Of a DNA stretch of 64,000 bases, positions 34,004 through 49,397 are shown one piece after another; within the stretch, counting starts at the first letter, position 1; every line of letters begins with the position of its first letter. Below the pieces are notes generated by a model. That model was not told the origin of the DNA. It searched no databases and was given only the letters and a program-made list of their open reading frames with translations. The stretch lies in the NCBI RefSeq assembly GCF_009914755.1, contig NC_060947.1. One strand, written 5' to 3'. The position numbers and the translations under genes were made by a program. The DNA comes from the human T2T-CHM13v2.0 reference genome, Homo sapiens.

Positions 34004-34663
34004 AACCAGTATATTACTAACCAATATACTATTATTTATAAGAACCTGTGTGCAAATGCCTAAACCCATTTTTCAGAATCCTTTCAGCCAACAGGCACCT
34101 GCTGAATGCTCACCGAAGTGTGTATTTGTGGGATTCTGTACATTAGCACAGACACCACTTGACAGATGAGAACAATACCTGTAAGATGATTCTCCAATGT
34201 TTTAAGTAAAACAAAGTCTCTTTTGTCTCTTTTGAAAGTGACTCAATCAGTGCTCAATGTTTGAACATCTTTATAAACCCTGCCCCACCTAAATGCCAAA
34301 CACCTAAGACTTACAAATTAAAAAGTTTTAGCATTAAAAATTTTCCTATTTATAAGTAACTTTCAAACCTCCAATTTAATAAATAATGCATTTGACCCAC
34401 AAAGAATGATTCCTGGGAGCTGAAATTTTCACTGGAGAATAATTTGTGACAATTGAATTTGTCTTGTCTGTAGGATTCTGCAGAAAGAAGTATACACATT
34501 TTTGAACAGCTGTGTAAAGAATATATACCAGTGAGCTGTGGACATCTGCCCAGTAACAGCCCCATGGACACCTCACACAGAGCCACTGAAACTGCCCAAC
34601 CCTCCTCTCCTAAGCACATTAGCCAACCTCCCCAGGGCTGATTCCACTGCCCCTATGACTCAC

Positions 34664-34757
34664 CGCCCATCAATGGGTTTGAAAGAAGCCTGATGCCAGG
34701 AAAGTCCCTTGGCCCCGCGGGCTTGCTCCCATCCATGCCCCCTTGTTTGCCATCCAT
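34664..34757 (-). CDS. ASB9: ASB9 coding exon 1 (94 nt; MDGKQGGMDGSKPAGPRDFPGIRLLSNPLMG)
   Basis: ATG at 34757 in strong context (ATCATGG); donor G|gtgagt at 34663; peptide matches the recalled ASB9 N-terminus. Confidence 0.95.
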
Positions 34758-34962
34758 GATGCTCTCTCCTAAGCGAGCAAGCTCTGCGCTCCACTTCAGT
34801 TGCTCAGCAAAGTCCAAACTCCATGCTCCCCCTGCTCCTGAAAAATTCCAGTTCTGTGGCTGGCTGAGCTGCACACGTTCTGGTCAAATGGTCTGCAGCA
34901 AAGCACAGAGCAGGCAGGGTAATCTGAGTGCTACCTGTGATCAGAGAGAGGCATGCGCTCGT

Positions 34963-34964
<2 letters not shown>

Positions 34965-34994
<30 letters not shown>
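34965..34994 (+). repeat. (AC)15 microsatellite in the ASB9 5' region
   Basis: Seen directly. Confidence 0.95.
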
Positions 34995-34998
<4 letters not shown>

Positions 34999-35034
34999 TA
35001 CCTAACTGGCTGGAGGCCCGCCAGAGGCCACAAG

Positions 35035-35311
35035 AACCCTCCAGCCCTAAGTCTGCGAAGTTGCTGATGTCACGTCCTTTCCCAAACTGAGACCAATCAG
35101 TGAGGAAGCCTTGGAGTTTATCAGGAAGGAAACTCAGTTTGTAACTTTTGAGAGTGAAGGGAGCAGGGTGGGGGTGAAGGAAACAGCTCACTTTCTGCAA
35201 CTGTTGTTCACCCTGCTGAGATCCGTTTGTTACATGGTAGCTTGTTATGGAGACAAGCCCGAGCACCCAGAGCTGAGAAAGCTGGTTTTGCAGCAGCCCT
35301 GCTGAATTGCT
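35035..35311 (-). promoter_or_regulatory. ASB9: Putative ASB9 promoter / 5' non-coding exon region (right arm of the inverted repeat)
   Basis: ~280-550 bp upstream of the ATG; CCAAT (35093-35097), CRE-like GACGTGACATCA, X-box-like GTTACATGGTAGC. Confidence 0.6.
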
Positions 35312-35644
35312 TGCACAGTAACATGCACAGCACGCCCTGGCCATCTGTACATGTGCTTTCAATTGTGCTGGGAGTTTCTTATGGGAAATGTGTCTATATG
35401 TTACAAAAAATGTACCTTTGGAAAGAACCATTTGTTCCTTTCAGCTGCAAGAATTTCACTAAATGTCCTACCTCACCCCTCCTCCACTCATTTTAACTTC
35501 TAAATAAATAATGAACGGTTGCAATTGGAAAAATGGATTGCTAGGTGGCCTGAGATGTGGAAGAGACCTGCTATCTTTTCATTGTGAATTACTAAAATTT
35601 ATTTTGTTAACGTTTTGCTGTTTTTGCTTATACAAAACATTAGG

Positions 35645-36156
<512 letters not shown>

Positions 36157-36314
36157 CTAGATGTTTTAGATTTACGGAGTCTCAGTTAAAACATTTGGTG
36201 GCTGTTATTAACAGTTTGAGGGGTGTAATTCACGTTTTTAAAGGCATTTATATGCATACACATGTATGCACATTTATCAATTTACATTTTCCACATAAAT
36301 GTACCTATATTATT

Positions 36315-36607
36315 CTTTTTTTTTTGAGACAGGGTCTCACTTTGTCACCTGGACTCGAGTGCCATGGTGTCATATCGGCTCACTGCAACTTTCACCTCCT
36401 GAGCTCAAGCAATTCTCCTGCCTCAGCCTCCTGAGTACCTGGGATTACAGGAGCGCACCACTGTGCCCAGCTAATTTTAGTATTTTTAGTAGAAACAGGG
36501 TTTCACCATGTTGGCCAGGCTGGCCTCAAACTCCTGATCTCACGTGATCCCCCTTCCTTGGCCTCCCAAAGTGCTAGGATTACAGGCGTGAGCCACCGCA
36601 CCCGGCC
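36315..36607 (-). mobile_element. AluS inside an old L1 fragment
   Basis: TSD cctatattattct. Confidence 0.9.
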
Positions 36608-38067
36608 CCTATATTATTCTATTATTCTATGCTTTTTACACTTATTTTGTCTGTGAGAGCTTTCCATATCAGCTTTTATAGGTATGCTCCTGTCTTTATT
36701 CACTGTTGCATAGCATTCCATATTGTGCCAGAAGTATTTAATTATGCTCCTAATGATGCAAGCAGAATGTCATTATTTCTGTTAGTACTATGAAAGGACT
36801 AAAGTTCATATTTTTGTACATGTGGCTTTGTGCACATAGGCAAATATTTCTAGAGGAGAGATTCCTAAGAGTGGAAATGCTAAGTCAAAGGCATACTTAT
36901 GCACATGTAATAAATTGTATAAAACTGAAGACACACACAGGAATGAGTACAAGTAAAACCGGGGAATTGAATAAGATCAGTAGATTGTATGAATGTTGAT
37001 TTCCCAGTTACAATATTGTACTATAGTTTTGCAAAAAGTCACCATTGAGGGAAACTGGGCAAAGTGCACTGGAGATCTCTATGTGATTTCTTACAACTGC
37101 ATGTGAATCTGTAATGATCTCAATACAAATTGCACTTTTTGAAAAGAGGCTGCTCATTTAAAATTTGGATAAACACTACTAAACTTCCCTCTATCTCTAT
37201 TTGCAGAATTAACTGAGAAGGCCATAAGCATACAAATTCTTTACCACTCCATCAGGAAAGATCTGAAGAATGATACATTTGTTTGGCAGAGAGTGAGGAA
37301 TTGATTCCCAACACAGACTGGATGAGGAGTTGAACAGAAGGGCACAATGGGGAAACTGGATACTATTTCCTTTCCTTCCCAGTAAAATCTTTGTACTACA
37401 GCTTCTTTATTTACTTTTAATTAAATTCCAAGTAGATAAGCCTTTTCCATATTCAAAATTAAGTTCCAAAATGACAATAAAGAAGATTTCCAGGTTGTTT
37501 CCCTAGTACCTGGGAGGGAATTAATTCATCAGCCTTTAATCTTCTCATTTTATTTATGATGTTGATCAACACCAGTGAATAGGAGGATTGGAGATGAATT
37601 TTTAAACTGTTTAACAACAGTTCTTTACAAGGGGAGTTCATGCATTTGTGGATTTGTATGAGGATAAAGTTGAATCACATGTGTATGAGCTTTGATTATG
37701 GAGAAATTGGTTGGCTTACCAACAGCCATAAGAGAAAAGCAATCTTACCAACTTCTAGTCAGCCTTGGTGTGTGTCAGTGTGTGTGTCTGGATGTTCAGT
37801 GAAATTGGCACAGGTTAGGTTAGAAAACAGAATGATCGTTGCCTGCAGCAGATGATAAGGCCACAGTCATTCCTCACCAGGAGCAGTGTTCACACTAGCC
37901 AGGGCCTCTGCCCCACCCCTCACTTAGATGTCCAAGGCACACCTCAGGTATGGTTTAGGAGACTCTTTCCTCCCCAATGTAGCCGGCTCAAGTCCAGCTG
38001 CTAAGAGGCTGAAAACTTAAGAAGCGAGAGGTATGGTGAAAGGAAATCAACTTTATCTAAATGCTGC

Positions 38068-38779
38068 TGAGAGATGAAGCCAGCTGGAATTCCTGGGTGG
38101 AGTGGGGACTTGGAGAACTTTTGTGTCTAGCTAAAGAATTGTAAAAGGACCAATCAGCACTCCATAAAAACCCACCAATAGCGCTCTGTGTCTAGCTAAA
38201 GGATTGTAAACGCACCAATCAGCACTCTGTAAAAACGCACCAATCAGTGCTCTGTGTCTAGCTAAAGGATTGTAAGCGCACCAATCAGTACTCTGTAAAA
38301 ATGCACCAATCAGCACTCTGTGTCTAGCTAAAGGATTGTAAATGCACCAATCAGCACTTAAAAACACGCCAATCAGCGCTCTGTGTCCAAAGGATTGTAA
38401 ATGCACCAATTAGCACTCTGTAAAAACGCACCAATCGGTGCTCTGTGTCTAGCTAAAGGATTGTAAATGCACCAATCAGCACTCTGTAAAATGGACCAAT
38501 CAGCGCTCTGTAAAATGGACCAATCTGCAGGATGTGGGCGGGGACAAATAAGGGAATAAAAGCTGGCCACCCCCCCAGCCAGCAGCAGCAACCTGCTCGG
38601 GTCTCCTTCCATGCTGTGGAAGCTTTGTTCTTTCACTCTCCAGAATAAATCTTGCTGCTGCTCACTCTTTGGGTCTGTGCCACCTTTAAGAGCTGTAACA
38701 CTCACCACAAAGGTCCATGGTTTCATTCTTGAAGTCAGCAAGACCAAGAACCCACTGGAAGGAACCAACTCCGGACACA
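38068..38779 (+). mobile_element. Solo LTR12 (ERV9)
   Basis: tgagagatgaagccagctgg start; tandem tgtgtctagctaaaggattgtaaa/ccaatcagc repeats; GC box; AATAAA; ccggacaca end. Confidence 0.92.
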
Positions 38780-40289
38780 TTACCAGTTGGAGAATGGCCT
38801 GCCTTTGAAAGACCGTTCCAACTTTTTGGGCTGAGTGAAGGGGTTTATGGAGGAAAAAGGTGTGGGAAAATGTGGGAATATCAAGGGAGGGAAGAGCTCT
38901 GTGTGTCTCTTTCCCATGGCTATCTTTACTAATCGCCAGCCCGGAAGTCCAGTTTGTGTCATCCTCACTTCTGCCCGGTAGTGGTGGGCTAACTGTTCAT
39001 AACTCCCCCAAGCAGGAGGATTCTGCTGCTGGGTCTCTGTGCCTTTTTTTTTTTTTTTGCTTAAAAATTGACCCCTGGAATTTCTAAGCAAGCATGTAAT
39101 TAGATAAGTGAGCACTGTTCACAAAAGTGCCTGGTGGAAAAGAGAGAAACAAAGAGTTTCAAAGTATGTTTCAACGCTGAAAGCAAGAAAGAAAAAAAAA
39201 AGTTTTAAAATGCATTTTGAGGCTGGGATGCTCAGTTACACTGAGACCTTGGGGGAGCCTTCAAAGTCACTTCCAATCAGTCAAAGTTGGTCCAGGAGCT
39301 GAAGCTTCTTCTTATTTCAGCTGGCAATTTTTCTAGCACAAAACCTTTAACACCTAAAAGGTATACATCTGCTCTGACAACGTGGAATACTCTGCTTCTA
39401 CTGCTTTAGAGAGAAGTCAGTCAGTCCTACTCCGCCAAGCAGTACGATAAGACTCAAATAAGAATGTGTTTTTTCAAAAATCTGGCATTATGCAGTATTC
39501 TTGAGGAAACAATCAGGCGGATCAAAATTGAGAGATAATCACATAACAATGGGACTGGACTCTTCAAAAATGCCAATGGCATGAAAGTCAAAAGCGGGGA
39601 CGGGAAGCTTTCTAGATTAAAAGAGAATAAAGAGACTTGGTAACTACGTTCGATGCATGATCCTCAAAGAGATCCTGAATGGTGGAACATGACAGAAAAT
39701 ATATCATTAATGCCACAAGTGTGAGAACTTAAATCTGGATATACAGGATAGTTGTGCATCAGTGTCAAACCTCCTGTGTGTGATTACTACACCACAGTTC
39801 CACAGGAGAATCTCTGTGTTCTTAGGAGATGCACACTGAACTGCTCTGTGCTGAACCATATGGGAGCAAGAGGCCAAAAGGGAAATGTATGCCTTTATGC
39901 ATATTTTGCACCAAGTATAAAAAGTTAATGTAAGCTGCGCAGTCAAAACACAAGTATGTATAAAGCCTGCGTTGCCCAATCTGTTTGCATGGCATTGTCA
40001 CTCCTCAAAAACCCAGCAGCCACATATCCCAGAACCAGAGGCTGATTGGAAACACTATTCTCATTGCACAATAATGCAGGGACATAAACAACAAGAGCCT
40101 GTCTTGCAGGCTATTTTGGCTATCATGGGCTTTTTGCCTTAACATTGACTTTTCAAAACAGTGCACTAAAATATGCACATCAATGACTTTTTTTGCCCTC
40201 TTAAATTTTTTGCCTCACTCACCTAATCCTGATTCTAGCCCTGGTGAAGGATCATGATGCCCACAACTTACAAATCGTTCATTTTTTTA

Positions 40290-40500
40290 ATATATGGATA
40301 TGTGTTAATCATATATGAGTTTACATATATGGGTGTGTGTGCACATGTGCATTTATATATGTATATATGTGTATACATTTGTATATGCATATGTATGTGT
40401 ATACATGCCTGTATATGTATATGTGTGTATATATGCATGTACATGTATATACATACATGTACTTGTATATATGTGTGTGTGCATACACACATACATAGAG
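40290..40500. repeat. (TA/TG/CA)n low-complexity purine-pyrimidine tract
   Basis: Seen directly. Confidence 0.9.
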
Positions 40501-40641
40501 AAGCAAATGTAGCAAAATGCTAACAATTGGTGAATTGAGGTGATGGGCATACAGATATTAATTGTTTTATTGAAAATTTTTTGTAAGCTGGAAACTTCAA
40601 GATATAACAACGGTGGGAGAAGAAAAATTAATAAATGGAAA

Positions 40642-41035
40642 TTAAGACCTGGTGTACATTTGTTTACAAGCAAATTTGTTAAAATAAGAAGCTACTATTT
40701 CAAGTATGATCTGTGTATTTGTCCTGGTACAGGCTCTGCTAAGGGAAGGAGATGATGTATTCCATATACAAATGGAATATATCCATGCAAGTGCCGCCCC
40801 TGGCAGTGATAATGCAATGGGTAAAAACGTGAAGTCCTGCAGTGTGGAGAGCATCCTCCCCCACAAGTTGTGGTTATTCAGCGATTCATCCCTCACCATG
40901 GCAGCTTCAGGTGATGTCTCTGAAGTGTCAGCTATTCTCTTTGCGTTCAATTCATAAAATCTTCTCAGCAATGAGCATTGTTACTGAAAAAAGATTCATG
41001 TACAAACCTCATGTTTATTTGACAAAGCAATATGA
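40642..41035 (-). mobile_element. Possible decayed hAT transposase coding fragment
   Basis: LRRFYEL...W..LS.LQDF..., frameshifted YIPFVYGIHHLL; resembles the hAT/ZBED region after TRWNS (pattern recall only). Confidence 0.4.
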
Positions 41036-41149
41036 GAAATAAAAGACAGGAGAATTACTTTGGGAGAAACAGTTCCTTAATCAAATGTGAACCAAAATTA
41101 GAGACGTTGGATTACATACCTAAACATTTAAATAATTTAAGGAATTTAG

Positions 41150-41479
<330 letters not shown>

Positions 41480-42454
41480 GTGAGCCACTGCGCCCAGCCT
41501 ATTTTTTTTAAATAAAAGGTAAAGGTAGATGATGGACTGATACAGTCATATAAATAATAGCTAGCTAAATAGATGGTAAATACATATATGTCTACATAGA
41601 CATAGTCAGATGGTTTATGGATAGGCAATATTGGGTATTTGGTTATGAAAATATTCATTCCTTAAAATGATTCATTGTGTATATATTTTAAATTATTTTA
41701 AACTATTATTTTAAATAGTTTTTATATGTAAACCACACTTCTGGAAATCTAAGAAATACTTCAAACATTTTTGAAGATTTATTTTAAAATGAGGTTGACA
41801 TCAATGTTATCTATAATAGCAAGAAACTAGAAATAATTTAAGTATCTAACAATATGGAAATACTTAAGGAATATGATATATTTTAAAAGGTTGTCCCAAA
41901 GGGTTTGAAACAGAAAATCATTACAATATGGTTTATGGGAAAAGCTGGAATCATAGATACTTTTATAATAGGATATCTATGTTAAATCAGGCAAAGGAAT
42001 AAAAAATATGATGCACTGAAAATACTGAAAAATCTTAACAGTAAAAGTTAACTAATAAATATTATATACATATGTGAGTAGTTAGTTATTCCAAAATTCA
42101 GTCACCCTGCCAGGGACCTTGCCTAATCAGCTTATCTAAAATAGTAAGCCTCTTTCATCACTCTTTAATCTGCTTTATTTTTCTTTTTATCACTTCCTGA
42201 TATGATATTATATTTGTATTGTTTATTCCCTGTTGTCCTCACTAACACATGAGTTTTTTGGAAGCAAACAGCATGTCTGTCTTTCACAATGTTCTACAGT
42301 GTCTGGCACATAGTAGATGCCAAGTAAAAAATGTATTAAAGGAATTAATTGAGAAGCTATCTTAGGGCACTTCAAATATGACTGAAATTGTAAAAATATA
42401 CTGTTTTGGGAAAAAAACATCCCATATAGTGTAAAAAGTGAAATAATCTGTATT

Positions 42455-43131
42455 AGTATCTAAGAACCCCAAACCGCAGGCAAAATGGAAACTGAAGGGT
42501 TAATTTGATCAGGTCTGTCCGCCCTGCTTGCTTTTGGTGGCTTGCTTTTTGTTATTTCTTTTCTTTTTTCATGAAGCTGAAGGCTACAGTAGTTGAATGC
42601 CACCCTGCTGAACTCTGAAACTTAACCTTCACTGGCTACTTTATAAATAACATTCATAGTTCACCACAGTAATGATTGCTTCAGTTGTTTTTCAGGAACT
42701 TGGGCCAGCTCCTGTCCAGTTCAAACCAGTTAAGGCCACTGGCTCTTCAACTAGGCCTCCACAAGTGCCTGAGAAATGGCCTTCTGAATGTCAGAAGACC
42801 AAAAATGCCACCCTCAGATCATGCTAATGCCACTATTTTGGGTTTATATGTCCTATGTAATGTCATGAACCCTGGCTATGCTTGCACAGAATAAACCTGT
42901 TACTTTTATCCCCACTGTCAATTACTTTTCCCCATGCCTTAGACCACCCCACTTCCCTAACCCGTAAATATAGCTAAGGCTTATCTTTGGGAAGGTGGAT
43001 TTGAGCACTGTTCTCCTGCTTTCTTGCTTGGCAGCCTTGTGAATAAATCTTTTCTCTTTTGCAAAACCCGTATCACAGTGATTGGTTTACTGCATGCAAG
43101 CAGAACAAACCTGGATCTAAAGTTGGTAACA
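42455..43131 (+). mobile_element. ERV1 MER4-group solo LTR (LTR26/LTR45-like)
   Basis: ttcaaaccagtt...ccctcagatcatgctaatgcc; AATAAA at ~43042; ends ...ggtaaca. Confidence 0.65.
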
Positions 43132-44627
43132 AAATAATGTCATAAAAACCAGATGATTAGTCTGATGGTCTAAATATAGCTTAATGGATTAGGCCTTAAA
43201 AGGAACTTAAAGATTACCTCTTGTCTAATACATTCATTCATAAATTGTAAGACATCGGCACCACTCTAGGATTCAGGGACCTGGACAATCAGATGGATTC
43301 TGGTGAATGGTTGTTCAGGATTTGAGTGCCACCTCCTCCCCCAACACAAATACAGTCCTACCAGTGTTGGGAGGTCCATATAAATGATTTGTGGCATCCA
43401 TGGTCTGCAGTTGCAGTGGGCAATGGAACACTTCCCTGGGGTCACAGACTGGTTGAATGTCCTAGAGCCTCCCGGGGCTTAACACAGTACTCAGACATTC
43501 AGCAAGATCCCAGATGACAAAAAAAAAAAAAAAAAAAAATGCACTCGCGAGAACACTTTGAAGGAAAGCCTCCAATTCCTAAACGTTCTATGATAGGAAG
43601 AGACTGTCCGTTCTTTCCTCTTTGATCGTTCCATGGCTAATGATGGCTCAAATGGCTCCTCATCCTGTTTCAAATCCATCCTTTCTTTCAATCAATTTTC
43701 CATCTTTAACATTCTTATGACTATTTATTTGTATGTTATTTGATAAGTTTACTATTCATTCCCTTTGCTAATATTTCTATTCATGAACCTATATTATTCT
43801 TATTGGTTTGTAAATGAACTCTTTATATGTTGAAATGTAGATATCAGCTGAGATCATTCTGCCCTTCAATATTTGGGGCGCATTGAATTGTACCTCCTTT
43901 CATGGCCATTGGACTTACGCTGTACCTTCCTCAAGATTTGTGAAAATTGACTTTCCTAAGGTTTGCAAACACTCTTCAGTTTTTCTCGTCACATCTCTCA
44001 TAGAAGGAGAATTTGATCCCACCTGAAACAGGTAAGTTTACATATTGTTTTGCCACCACGTCATGCAATACATATATTATAGCATGTAGAGCCAGATAAA
44101 TAATCTAGGTTCTTTCCTTAATATCTTCTAAAAAATGCACAAGGTATCATATACATTTTAGACTTTACTGAAGGTTTGGGTAATATTTACATCCTTGTTC
44201 ACCAAAATTCTCCACTGGGAAAAGGAGAAAGCTAAGGGTGGGATCTGACAGTCTCCTTTGCCCTAGAATATTGACTTTTGATCTGCTATAAATGTCACAT
44301 ACAGTTTTCCTCTATTTTGGTTTGCCATTTCATTTTATATATGGCATTTTTTGCAACATAATTTTTGGTGTATTCCAGTTTATCGGTATTTTCCTTTAAC
44401 CTTTCTGCCTTTGATATATTTCAAAAATGCTTTCCCTTTCATGTATATTCATGTAATTTTCTTATAGTATTTTTATAGCAGTATTTAATTTTTTAAACTT
44501 TTTTTTAAAAACAAGATTTGTTTTGGAAATACGATGTAAGATCAAAATGTAACCTTTTCCCCCCAGATAATTAACTAATTAAGATTATTAGATATTCCAA
44601 AATTGTAAAAATCAGAAAATGATTTAG

Positions 44628-47060
<2,433 letters not shown>

Positions 47061-47659
47061 GGTCTAGAAAAATTGGGGGAAAAAAAAACATGTGTGAAAT
47101 GAGTCTTAGGATGATCTGAGAGGGAATTTTCATTTTAGAACTGAATACTGAACCATGACAGTAATACTTACAATAATTAAAAGTCTATCCAGTTCCCATG
47201 TTCTAAATTCACAAAAAAGAGAAAGAATAGAGGAAGAGGAGGGGTGACAGAAGGAGAGAGAAATGAGAAGAAGGAGAAGACAGAAAAGGAGAAGCCTCTT
47301 TTTATATACCTTTGTGCTTATTTTGGGCCCCTATCCACAGAAAAAAATATTGACCCAGCATTGAGCCCACTTTGGTGGCTGGCATCAGTATGTAATTATT
47401 TCAAAAACCCTGAGCATCTTGACTTTGAAAATAAGCCAGTGCTTGGGTTGCAACATGCCTCAGACAATGCCTGTGGGTTCAGGTTGTTGGGGACACCCAG
47501 TGTTCTCAATCCTAGAACTGCTTACTTCAAATAACAGCATTTAATATCAGAAGCAATAAGCAATAGATGCCAACCTCTGGGTGCACTGATCTCTTCCAAA
47601 GTCTCTCTTATCAACCAGGACCGCAGTAACTGGAAGCCTCAGTTAACTACAATGTTTCT

Positions 47660-47910
47660 GAAGTCCTTAACTTTATATATGTATATATATATAAAGTCTA
47701 TATAAATATATATAACTTTATATATAAAGAACTTTGAAAACATATATATATAAGCTTTATACATATATTAAGGACTTTGAAAACATATATGAACTATATA
47801 TATTAAGGACTTTGAAAACATTAAATATATGAGTGCATGTGTGTGTGTGTATATATATACGTATATATATATACGTATATGTATGTATATATATATACGT
47901 ATATATATAC
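47660..47910. repeat. TA-rich repeat with a recurring aggactttgaaaacat unit
   Basis: Three unit copies plus (TA)n/(TG)n. Confidence 0.85.
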
Positions 47911-47932
47911 AAAAAATCAAAATTATACCAGA

Positions 47933-47938
47933 TTTATT
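47933..47938 (-). terminator. ASB11: Candidate ASB11 polyadenylation signal AATAAA
   Basis: tttatt on + strand ~450 nt past the stop; longer 3' UTRs are possible. Confidence 0.45.
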
Positions 47939-48387
47939 CAAGGAAAGAAAGAAAAAAAGTGGGGAAGGGCTGAAGGAAGGAACTAAATCAAGAACATATC
48001 TTGGAATACCTAACATTTGTTATAATCTTATCCACCTGAATTTATATGTGTCTATACAATATTCAGAATGTTGACTTTTAGGTACAAGAAGATCCCGAAT
48101 CATCAAAAAACAGCCTATTGTTTTCACTCTACTTCACAGTTCTTTTAAGTTTCTTAACAACAAGAGCTAAAAGCTAAATGGTTTCTACTTGCCCCTTGGT
48201 TAATGAGAACATTAAACTAACCAGGAGTTTCCACTCCTCAAGTGTTCTAGCTCATGGGGGATTTACTTCGACTGAGCTCATTTAAAGATACTAGGAGTCT
48301 AAGCTGTTGAGCTTCTACATTAGGTACTCTAGGTACAGCAGACAACAATCTGTGTCATTCCAAGTATCTTCCCAGGAACACTTAGGA

Positions 48388-48512
48388 CTATTGGTATAGG
48401 AGGAATCGTTCGAGTGGCTCTGGCAGATGTAGCTTGTGGATGGCTTGATGACATGCTCGACCGAGACACTTCCGGACACACAGGCGGCAGAGCTGGGAAA
48501 GAGCAGGTGGGC
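48388..48512 (-). CDS. ASB11: ASB11 last coding exon, SOCS box (GPPALSQLCRLCVRKCLG...LPEPLERFLLYQ*)
   Basis: Hand translation; cag acceptor; TAG at 48390-48388; BC-box and LPxP Cul5-box. Confidence 0.95.
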
Positions 48513-48853
48513 CTGAGAGAGAAATAAAAATGGTGTTAACTTCATAGTGGTGGGAGGTGGGGTGGAAGGGGGAAATCAGAGAACTGGAAGAGGCGGAAAT
48601 TTTCTAAAAGCAGAAGAGAAGCTGGATCTGTATAGGAACTATAGAATGAGGTAGCGGACACTAAATACAGACAGCAGATCCTGATTTGCCCCTCTGGAAG
48701 GGATGCATTTCTTTAAGTTAATCTTCCAATGGTACTTGGATTACCAATGTTGAAGAATGAAGCTAACCAGAGGCAAGTTAGGAATGAGGTGTGGGGTCTA
48801 AAGGGAATGCATCTCATTCATGTATTGAATGTGCCAATGAAAGTGATACACGG

Positions 48854-49397
<544 letters not shown>

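Noticed and set aside
34804-34824. MEFGL resembles an immunoglobulin VH3 leader
   Set aside because: Five-residue coincidence; a stop follows and there is no V exon or RSS
34931-35431. 166-aa ORF with a near-copy at 33775..34005 (apparent small gene family)
   Set aside because: Similarity follows from the inverted DNA duplication; indels shift frames between copies and the ORF runs through a (GT)n repeat
38131-38530. Regular repeat array that looks CRISPR-like or repeat-protein-like (ADWCIYNPLARHR)
   Set aside because: It is the normal internal tandem repeat of LTR12; no unique spacers and a eukaryotic context
43543-43552. ACTCGCGAGA, near-match to the BANP/ZBTB33 palindrome
   Set aside because: Single imperfect motif outside a CpG island
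43850-44230. Unique-looking stretch with a perfect + strand donor CAG|GTAAGT (~44031); possible pseudogene or lncRNA exon
   Set aside because: Frames I tried contain stops and no convincing protein match; a lone splice motif is not enough without RNA data
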